Origin: Okeania sp.
Lineage (GTDB): Bacteria; Cyanobacteriota; Cyanobacteriia; Cyanobacteriales; Microcoleaceae
DNA: 15,987 nucleotides
Assembly: GCF_035285525.1 (NCBI RefSeq)
Contig: NZ_JAYKGW010000170.1
Location: 1-15,987, forward strand
Direction of reading: 5' to 3'
The translations under genes and the position numbers were made by a program. Each line of letters starts with the position of its first letter. Position 1 is the stretch's first letter. Of the stretch, positions 7,177 to 15,340 are shown in pieces. The notes under the pieces were generated by a model. That model ran no database searches and was not told the origin of the DNA. It saw only the letters and a list, made by a program, of their open reading frames with translations.

Positions 7177-9072
7177 ATGAAATATTTTTTTGGGAGTAAA
7201 TTTCAGAATAACTTAATCTTATTATTAATATCAGGAATTTTATTACCTGTAGGTGCTGTGACACTATACAGCACTATTTCCTCAAGTAATGTCTTGAGAA
7301 ATTTAGTTTCTCAACAAATGAAATCAAAGGGGGAAGATAGTGCAGAAACTATTAATCTGTTTTTAGAGAACCTCAGATCGGACATTATGTATTTAAGTAA
7401 TACTCCTCCTATTCAAGGAATTATTAGAGCTAGAAATAATAATGGTACCGATCCCTTAGATAATTCTAGTTATCAAAATTGGGTTAATCGTTTAAATTTG
7501 ATATTTGCTTATTTTATAGAGTCAAACTCTTATTATGATAATATTACTTATTTAGATGAAAATGGTAATGAATTAGTAAGAGTTAATCGTCAAGGTAATC
7601 AAATTATTAAATTAGCTGAAAATCAACTTCAAAGTCAAGCAAATCAAAATCAATTACAAGAAATACTAAACTTGCAGCCAGGGGAACTCTATGTATCAAA
7701 AATATCTCTTTCTCGAAAAAATGGAATTATAGAAGAACCTTATAAACCTGTGATTATTTATGGTGTTACTATTTACGATCAAAAAGGTATTAAGAAAGGA
7801 GTTATAGTGGCTAGCATTCTGATTGAAAATATTTTAAAACTTGCTGTAGATAAAGAATTAGAGGAGCAATTAAAACAACAATTTTTTGTGGTTAATGAAG
7901 AAGGATATTATATTCTGCATCCAGAACCAGATAAAACCTGGGGTTTTGAACTAGGTAATAATATAACCCTGCAACAAGACTATTCTTCAGAAGTGACCAA
8001 TCAAGTTCTTTCTAGAAATCAAGGATTAATTAAAAAAGTCACCCAAAATCGCCAAAATTACTTGTTGAGTTATTATACAATTTTTCCTAACCAAGATACC
8101 AATTTATTTCCTTTTACTTTGGTATATCAAACACCATATAAAACCATATTTTTATCAGTTAAAGTTTTAGTAATATTGGTAATCCTTATGACAATTGTTT
8201 CGATGATTATAGTAGTCACAAGTGGGATTTTAATTTTAAGAAAAATAGTTGTTTCAGCATTAGATACAACAACTTTTGTGGCATCTTTTTCTAATCAAGT
8301 TCTCTCTACAATTGATGAACAAGAGAAAGTTGTCAATCAACAATCTGTATCAGTACAAAAAACAACTATTGCCATGGAAGAATTAAATATTTCATCTCAA
8401 CAATCAGCCAATCAAGCAAAATCAGCATTAACAGGGGCAAAATCAGCATTATCTTTAGTAGAAGAAGGTACTAATAGTATTCAAAAAACATCTATAGCTA
8501 TGACAACTTTAAAAGATAAAGTAGAAGCTATTTCTCAGCAAATTCTCCACTTAAGTCAACAAAATCATCAAATTGGTAATGTTTCTAATGTTGTTAGTTC
8601 TCTTGCTAATCAAACTAATATTTTAGCTCTCAATGCTACCATAGAAGCTATTCATTCTGGAGCAGAAGGTAAAGGTTTTTCTGTAGTTGCTGGAGAAATT
8701 CGTAAACTAGCAGACGAAAGTAAAAAATCAGCAGACCATATAAGTATTTTAGTTAGAGATATTCAAACAGCAATTAATTCTACTGTATTAGTCACAGAAG
8801 AAGGAACAAAATATGCAGAACAAATAACTCAAATTAGTGAAAGTATGGCACAAATTTTTGTGGATGTTGCACAATCAATGGAGGAAATAGTTAATAATAG
8901 TCAACAAATTGCTTTAAACTCTAAACAACAGGCAAATGCTACTCAACAAGTAACAAATAATATAGATACTTTAAATCGAGGCTCATTACAAATTACAGAA
9001 GGAGTTGACCAAACAAAAATAGGCATCAAGAAACTTAATGAAGCTGTCTCAAAATTAAAAGCAATTATTTAA
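7177..9072 (+). CDS. Methyl-accepting chemotaxis protein with a periplasmic Cache-type sensor
   Basis: 631 aa. TM1 is LILLLISGILLPVGAVTLYSTI. An extracytoplasmic region of about 290 aa has Cache-like strands (PVIIYGVTIYDQKGIKKGVIVASI, FVVNEEGYYILHPEP). TM2 is VLVILVILMTIVSMIIVVTSGILIL. The MCP hairpin-tip signature is NILALNATIEAIHSGAEGKGFSVVAGEIRKLADES (about 8610-8720). I see no obvious HAMP domain and no che genes in the window. Confidence 0.9.
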   Translation: MKYFFGSKFQNNLILLLISGILLPVGAVTLYSTISSSNVLRNLVSQQMKSKGEDSAETINLFLENLRSDIMYLSNTPPIQGIIRARNNNGTDPLDNSSYQNWVNRLNLIFAYFIESNSYYDNITYLDENGNELVRVNRQGNQIIKLAENQLQSQANQNQLQEILNLQPGELYVSKISLSRKNGIIEEPYKPVIIYGVTIYDQKGIKKGVIVASILIENILKLAVDKELEEQLKQQFFVVNEEGYYILHPEPDKTWGFELGNNITLQQDYSSEVTNQVLSRNQGLIKKVTQNRQNYLLSYYTIFPNQDTNLFPFTLVYQTPYKTIFLSVKVLVILVILMTIVSMIIVVTSGILILRKIVVSALDTTTFVASFSNQVLSTIDEQEKVVNQQSVSVQKTTIAMEELNISSQQSANQAKSALTGAKSALSLVEEGTNSIQKTSIAMTTLKDKVEAISQQILHLSQQNHQIGNVSNVVSSLANQTNILALNATIEAIHSGAEGKGFSVVAGEIRKLADESKKSADHISILVRDIQTAINSTVLVTEEGTKYAEQITQISESMAQIFVDVAQSMEEIVNNSQQIALNSKQQANATQQVTNNIDTLNRGSLQITEGVDQTKIGIKKLNEAVSKLKAII

Positions 9073-9797
9073 TTAATTAGTAAGCATTCAGCAGTCAACC
9101 ATCAGCTATCAGCTCTTTAATAAATAGTGCTAAATCTAGTAATATCAGTTAAATAAAGCATATTATCCCGGTAAGCATTTAGCACTCAGCTATTGATTTT
9201 ATTTTGATAAAAAAGCTTGATAATACGGTTCCCGATAAATCAGAAATTTTATCTGACTACAAAATTCAGTTCTCACTTTCTTTATTCCTTTAAATATCTT
9301 TGTTGAAATTGAGATTTTTATTCCTGATGACTGACAGCTAATAGCTGAATCTTTACTGATTCCGACTTGATATTATATGCTATATTTATTGTACTAAAAA
9401 AAAGCTTTTATTATGTAACTAAAGAAAAAAAAATAGCTGACGGCTGTTTGCACAGCATTCCAGAGGAAATGCTTACCAAACAATTAATAATTAATAGTTA
9501 ATAATCAAGAATTTATAGTCAATAATTATTAATTCCAAAATTCGCGCCTTGAAGCCTCCCCTTTTAAGGGGATAAATAAAAAAAATTCCTTTTAGTCAAT
9601 CCCCTTCTTTTAAGAATGGCTAATTATTAATTATTAATTTTTCATTGTTAATTGCTGAAATTAATTACAGATACAACAATTCTAAATGTAAGAGCATAAT
9701 TCTCAAAAACATACCTTTTTAAAACTCCTCACACTTCCCACCTTTCCAACTATAATAATTAAGTATTCAACCAGATTTAATCTAAAAGGGAAGCCAA

Positions 9798-11453
9798 ATG
9801 CTATCTAGTCTTGCAGTAACTAACTCTCGTCAAGCAGAAATAGTCGAAATTGTCCTCCGCAACGGCTGGGACTACATGAAAACTCTTCTCACAGGAGGCA
9901 AAACTGGTGAACCAGACTTACCAACACCAGCAGTTTTACGGAACATTTTTGTAGATTTAGGCCCAGTATATATAAAGCTTGGTCAGCTATTGAGTACCCG
10001 TCCAGACATATTACCAGCAGATTATATTGATACTCTATCAACCTTGCAAGCCGACGTACCACCAATACCTTGGTCTGAAGTAGAAATGTTAATTCGTCAA
10101 CAACTTTCTCAACCTTTAGAAGAAGTATTTAGCAACATAAATACTAAATGTGTTGCCGCAGGTTCCATCGCTCAAACTTATAAAGCTACTTTAAAAGATG
10201 GTACCGAAGTAGCTCTCAAAGTTCAACGTCCGGGTATTGATAGAATAATTAATAAAGATATTGCTTTACTGAAAAGTTTAGGTGAGTTAGTATCATTTAC
10301 AGAATTTGGTAAAAGTTATGATATTGTGTCTTTGGCTGAAGAATTTGGTGATGCTTTACAAGCAGAATTAAATTTTACTAAAGAAGCTGGTTATACTGAT
10401 GAATTAAGTCGGAATTTATCTACAAGCAAATGGTTTGATTCAAAACAAATTATGGTTCCAAAAGTATATTGGGAGTTCACTACTCCGAAGCTTTTAGTTC
10501 TAGAATGGTTAAACGGTAAACCAATTTTATCAGCAACAGTTAAAGGTACTAATTATAATGGCGATATAAATGCAGAAAAGCAAGCACTTTCTACATTATT
10601 ATGTCGTGCTTTTTTCCAGCAATTTTATATTAATGGTTTTTTTCATGCTGACCCCCATCCAGGCAATATCTTTTATTTGGAAGATGGGAGAATTGCTCTT
10701 TTAGACTGTGGAATGGTAGGTCGTCTCGATCCTCGGACTCAAGAAAATTTAACGGAATTATTATTAGCAATAGTTGATTTAGATGCTCAAAGGTGTGCCC
10801 ATTTAACTTTAGAAATAGCAGAAGTTTCTCAACTTTCCAATTTAGCTAAATTGGAAAATGATTATAGCAAAATGCTGCGAAAATATTATAATCTCAGCTT
10901 GTCTGAACTTAACTTTTCTGAGGTATTTTATGACATTTTAGAACTGTGTCGTAACAATAAAATTAAATTGCCCAGTAATTTAGGTTTATATTCCAAAACT
11001 TTAGGAAATTTAGAAGGAGTTGCTCGGAGTTTTTATCCCCAAATTAATCTTTTAGATGAGATTAAACCATTAATGACTGATTTATTTCGCCGACAATTAT
11101 TAGGAGACGATCCGGTACAAACTTTATTAAGAACAGCTATTGATGTGAAGAATTTATCTTTAGGTTCTCCTCGTCAGTTAGACTTATTTTTAGATAGACT
11201 TACTTCCGAAACATTGAAGTGGAATTTAACTATAAAAGATATTGAATTTTTGGGTCGGAGTGTAGATAAATCAGCTAATAGATTATCTTTTAGTGTGGTT
11301 GTTGGTTCGTTAATTATTGGTGCTGCTATTGTGACTGCGGGTTCTCAAAGTAGTCAGTTATCTGTGTTAAGTGAAGCTTTATTTACTACGGCTAGTTTTC
11401 TGGGGTTATGGTTAGTTATTAGTATTCTTCGTTCTGGTCGTTGGAAGGAGTAA
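9798..11453 (+). CDS. ABC1/UbiB (AarF) family atypical protein kinase
   Basis: 551 aa. Family motifs are LGPVYIKLGQLLSTRPDILP, AAGSIAQTYKA, VALKVQRPGI, FFHADPHPGNIF and LLDCGMVGRL. There are C-terminal hydrophobic helices. Confidence 0.9.
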   Translation: MLSSLAVTNSRQAEIVEIVLRNGWDYMKTLLTGGKTGEPDLPTPAVLRNIFVDLGPVYIKLGQLLSTRPDILPADYIDTLSTLQADVPPIPWSEVEMLIRQQLSQPLEEVFSNINTKCVAAGSIAQTYKATLKDGTEVALKVQRPGIDRIINKDIALLKSLGELVSFTEFGKSYDIVSLAEEFGDALQAELNFTKEAGYTDELSRNLSTSKWFDSKQIMVPKVYWEFTTPKLLVLEWLNGKPILSATVKGTNYNGDINAEKQALSTLLCRAFFQQFYINGFFHADPHPGNIFYLEDGRIALLDCGMVGRLDPRTQENLTELLLAIVDLDAQRCAHLTLEIAEVSQLSNLAKLENDYSKMLRKYYNLSLSELNFSEVFYDILELCRNNKIKLPSNLGLYSKTLGNLEGVARSFYPQINLLDEIKPLMTDLFRRQLLGDDPVQTLLRTAIDVKNLSLGSPRQLDLFLDRLTSETLKWNLTIKDIEFLGRSVDKSANRLSFSVVVGSLIIGAAIVTAGSQSSQLSVLSEALFTTASFLGLWLVISILRSGRWKE

Positions 11454-11828
11454 ATACAGTTATCAGTTATCAGTTATTAGTTAATAGTTAACAGTTTTAA
11501 ATTTAATCAGATGTAGGGATGTTCCATGGAACTTCCCTACCATTTGTTTTATTAATAATATTAGGGATTATTTGTAGATGAGTCTAAATATTCTTTATTA
11601 TTAGGACTTACGCAAAGACACTTATATATAGCGTGTCTTCGTTCTGGTCGTTGGAAGGAGTAAATACAGTTATCAGTTATCAGTTATTAGTTAATAGTTT
11701 TAAATTTAATCAGATGTAGGGATGTTCCATGGAACTTCCCTACCATTTGTAAAAAACATTTGTTGTTTTTGATAATATTAGGGAGTATTTGTAGAAGAAT
11801 CTAAATATTCTTTATTATCTAAATATAT
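11426..11828. repeat. Tandem duplication (period about 210 bp) of the convergent intergenic region plus both flanking gene 3' ends
   Basis: Copy 1 is 11426-11602 and copy 2 is 11636-11828. They are joined by the 33-bp aggacttacgcaaagacacttatatatagcgtg. Each copy carries the last 27 nt of the ABC1 CDS, STRR heptamers, the palindrome gtagggatgttccatggaacttccctac (11513-11540, 11716-11743; a possible bidirectional terminator) and the last 45 nt or so of the HEPN CDS. Confidence 0.9.
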
Positions 11829-12464
11829 TTCAATATTCTCTAAAATTTGTCTTAAATATTCTACTACTTTATTTTTAATTTCCATCAGTTTGTCAGCAGT
11901 TATTTCTTTTCCTACTTCCCCAAAAGTTCTCATACCATGCGCTAACTCATTTCTATTATCCTTGACTTTCAATATATCGCTACTATCAATTTTTGTTTTT
12001 GGAGAAAATCCATATTCTTGAGCTATTTTTTTAATCTTTTTAACATCAATATTTCCAGAAAATAGTTTTTCTTTATCAAATCCAACAGTAATAATATCTA
12101 TTGATATATCTACAATTTTTTGACAAACTTTGTCAGAATTTTTATGGTTCAAGTTCCGAAGCACAATTTTCTGTAATTCAGGTCTAAGATTATCAAAGGA
12201 AATTCCTTGATTTTGTAGCTCACTAAATATTGATTCAATAGCATTTCTCATAGTAGATTCTATTAAATTGTAAATTAACAAATAAGCACTTGCGTTCAAG
12301 GTATCTTCTCACTCCTTAGTGATTTTTTTAGGTTTATTATTTCCTTGATTTTCTGCGATAAATCTTATTTTTCCTTTCTGTAAATTATCAATAAAAGTCA
12401 AATATTCACTAACTTCTTTAGAAAGCTTATTAAAATCTTCAAATACAAATGATATGTTTGCCAT
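11778..12464 (-). pseudogene. HEPN-like nuclease (resembles the MAE_28990/MAE_18760 HEPN family) interrupted by an in-frame TGA
   Basis: The ORF-track fragment 11778-12299 begins at TTG, not ATG. A 51-codon segment in the same frame starts at ATG 12464 (MANISFVFEDFNKLSKEVSEYLTFIDNLQKG...KITKE). It is separated from the fragment only by TGA at 12309-12311. The HEPN Rx4H motif is RNELAHG. The total of 227 codons fits a complete single-domain HEPN protein. Confidence 0.65.
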
Positions 12465-12467
12465 TAA

Positions 12468-13580
12468 TTATTTACCTAATAGTTTATCCCTGACATATTC
12501 AATTCGTCGCACTACTTTAACATTGGAAGTACTTCCATCGCTCTTTGTGTAGTCTTTAAATTTCTTTGTATTGAGTAAATCATCTCCTTGATAATGAAGA
12601 TTATTTTTTTCTCTTAAAGCAAGAGCAATACCTACAGAAAGAGACTCAAATTTAATTCTAGTTGTTGTTTTATCTAAATTTTTACCTGAGCGAAAACCAT
12701 TAGGAAAATGCTTTCTCGCAAAACTTATCATTGCTTGAAATTCATTTTTCATTTCCTTTAAATTTATTTTTTTATCTTGATTAACATTATGCAAATATTC
12801 ATTAAGAAAATCATTTATTCCTAGTGTAATTTGAAAATTTTGATAATTATTTAAGAAAGCAAAAAAACGTAAAACATATTCTTGAGGTTCACGTTTATTA
12901 ATAGCAGTTTCAGAAAAATAACAAAGTTCTATAAATGTTGATAATTTTGATAACTCCTCTACTAAATCAGTAACTTTTCCAGGTAATATACCTCTGCGTT
13001 TCTCCATTTCATTTAACTGAACACTACCTGTATTAATTCTTTCAAAAATATCTCGTCGTGTTTCCTCATTTGCTTTTTCTGTTAATTCAATTATCCTAAC
13101 AGTAGCTCTGTTAAAGCGTCTCTGACGAGGAAGAGGTAAATCTTCAAATTTAAAATTATTAAGCTTAGTTAACTTTTTTAATTCAGATAGTTTTAGCTCA
13201 TTTTTAATAAATCTAGTTAAGGTACGAGTACGTTGAGTTCCATCAATAATCTCTAAACGACCTTCATCCTCTTCATTGTCTCGATCGTTAATATCAGCAA
13301 TAAATATTGGAGGTATTGGTAATCCTAAAAATACAGATTCAATAAATTTTGACTGTCTTTCTTCATCCCAAATCATCTCTCTTTGATAATCAGGTATAAA
13401 TAATTCATTAGTATCGTCTTCTCTTCCTTCGATATACTTCTGAACCAGAACTTCTACTGGATATTCTGTTGTTCAATAATTAACAGCTTTTTGCTTTTCC
13501 CTAATTTCAGCTTCAGCAGCTTCTTTTTGTTCATTAGTTATTTGGGATTTACTATTAGTATTTGTTGGCATAGTTGACAT
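12468..13580 (-). pseudogene. DUF262 (ParB/Srx-fold, GmrS-like) domain protein interrupted by an in-frame TGA
   Basis: The ORF-track fragment 12468-13376 starts in the middle of the domain. The frame is open upstream to 13472 and encodes TTEYPVEVLVQKYIEGREDDTNELFIPDYQRE before MIWDEERQSKFIESVFLGLPIPPIF and the DGTQR motif. TGA at 13473-13475 separates this from a same-frame 35-codon leader starting at ATG 13580 (MSTMPTNTNSKSQITNEQKEAAEAEIREKQKAVNY). Confidence 0.8.
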
Positions 13581-13630
13581 ATTTTTACTTTAGGTAGTGG
13601 CGTGACACGCCTTAAATAATGCAATAGTAG

Positions 13631-13687
13631 GGGCGGGTTTTAGCTAGAATTTTAATGGTTACTCTAATATTTACATAAACCCGCCCT
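13631..13687. repeat. Hairpin repeat gggcgggttt-N37-aaacccgccc
   Basis: Perfect 10-bp stem read directly. It lies upstream of the DUF262 gene and downstream of the MFS gene. The smaller hairpins ggcgtgacacgcc (13599-13611) and ggtttggtctccaaacc lie nearby. Confidence 0.7.
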
Positions 13688-13903
13688 CATCCACAGTTTT
13701 AGTTGTGTCAGTCTAGTAGGTTCTTTAATATTGAAAATTAATTATATAGCAATCCTAAATAAGTTCTAATATTTTATCCTATAGGTTTGGTCTCCAAACC
13801 CAAAAGCAAAGGAATAAAGAATAAATTTTGAATAAAGTAGCAATATTAGATATTATTCAAATTTTCTACTACTCCTTATTCCCTCTTCCCTATCTTAATT
13901 TTC

Positions 13904-15340
13904 CTAATCTAATTCTCCTTCTAAAATAGTAGCGATCGCCACATTTGCATTATCTTTAAATTCTCGAACATTGACTCTATTTAACAGAAAAATTGACCCG
14001 ATCATTCCTATTCCTGCTAATACAAAAACTAATCCATAAGCCAACATAGAAATATCAAACAAAAGCCGACCTAAATCTAAAGTTGCACCCCCAATAACTG
14101 TAGATAAACCTCTTGCCATTGCTTGTGCTAATCCCCAAGCACCAATAAAAGTTCCTGCTGTTTCTGCCACAGTTAAATCTAACATTAAACTGAGAGAAGC
14201 AGTAGTAGTTAAACCAGCAGCTAAACCATATAAAAATAAAGCAGTTTTAAATAAAGAAGCTTCCCCAGTAAACCCAGACATAACTATCAACATAAAACTA
14301 ATTGCTGTAGCTATACATCCAACTTTTAAAGAATTTTTCTTACCTAATCTTGGTACTACTAAAAATCCCGTTGTACCTAATCCCAATAAAGTTCCCATTC
14401 CCGAAACAGCATTCAATCTAGTAGATTCAGAAATTGGCATCGAAAATATCTCCCCAGCATAAGGTTCTAAAACTGCATCCTGCATAAATAAACTAATAAT
14501 TAGAACAAATAAAAATGTAAAAAATAAACCAGTTTGTCGATTCGCTCTTAAAACCTTGAAAGTTGTTGCTAAAGTAATTTTATCTTCCCGATTAGCAATA
14601 GTTGAACGAGTACGATAACGAGAGTATTTTTGTTCAACTCCCACAGTAGCAATAAAAGCAAAAATCAACACAATTGTTGGTACTTTAATAAACAAACTAT
14701 TAACAGATGCTTTCACAGTTTCTAACGGTGCTTCTACACCAACTTGTTTCAATAAAATACTACTGGTAATCGCCCCAATAATAATTCCCACCATCAACAT
14801 TGACCAGACAATACCAACAATTTTCGAGCGATTATTTTCATCAGAAATATCTACTAATAAAGCAGCAAAAGGTGTCGAACTTGCACTTAAAGCTAGACCG
14901 TAAATGATAAACATTAAACCCAAAATTCCAATCCAAAAATAAGTCGGATTACTCCAACCATTCGCTGTTAAACTATCACCAACCTGCCACATAACTTGCA
15001 CCGCAAAAAAAGCAGTCACCGTAAATAAAACTGTACCTATCCACATATAACCAGTGCGGTGTTGACCAAATAAAGGTTTAACGTCAGACATTTGCCCAAA
15101 CCAAACTCTGGCTGGAGCCATAAATTGATATAATGATAAAGTTACTGCTACAATTGTAGCTGGTATTTTTAATTCAGCAATCATTATTCGGTTTAAAACT
15201 CCGAGAGTTAAAACTGACATTATTCCCAATCCCATTTGAAAGAAACCTAATCTAAATATGGTGAATAAATTAAGTTGAGGTGGAATTTTTTGATTGTCAA
15301 GATTATCTAATTTTTCGACTTGTAAATTTTCGTTTTTCAT
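13904..15340 (-). CDS. MFS transporter, PucC/LhaA (BCD) family
   Basis: 478 aa with about 12 hydrophobic segments. The N-terminal signature LGFFQMGLGIMSVLTLGVLNRIMIAELKIPATIVAVTLSLYQFMAPARVWFGQMSD matches my recollection of the PucC/BCD family. It contains one HIP1 site. Confidence 0.8.
   Translation of the reverse strand: MKNENLQVEKLDNLDNQKIPPQLNLFTIFRLGFFQMGLGIMSVLTLGVLNRIMIAELKIPATIVAVTLSLYQFMAPARVWFGQMSDVKPLFGQHRTGYMWIGTVLFTVTAFFAVQVMWQVGDSLTANGWSNPTYFWIGILGLMFIIYGLALSASSTPFAALLVDISDENNRSKIVGIVWSMLMVGIIIGAITSSILLKQVGVEAPLETVKASVNSLFIKVPTIVLIFAFIATVGVEQKYSRYRTRSTIANREDKITLATTFKVLRANRQTGLFFTFLFVLIISLFMQDAVLEPYAGEIFSMPISESTRLNAVSGMGTLLGLGTTGFLVVPRLGKKNSLKVGCIATAISFMLIVMSGFTGEASLFKTALFLYGLAAGLTTTASLSLMLDLTVAETAGTFIGAWGLAQAMARGLSTVIGGATLDLGRLLFDISMLAYGLVFVLAGIGMIGSIFLLNRVNVREFKDNANVAIATILEGELD

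Noticed and set aside
12309-13475. In-frame TGA codons read as selenocysteine or as a reassigned Trp codon
   Set aside because: Cyanobacteria use the standard bacterial code. I see no convincing SECIS-like hairpin directly 3' of either TGA. The positions are not in redox motifs. The McrB-like frame ends at a TGA. Leaky readthrough remains possible but recoding is not supported.
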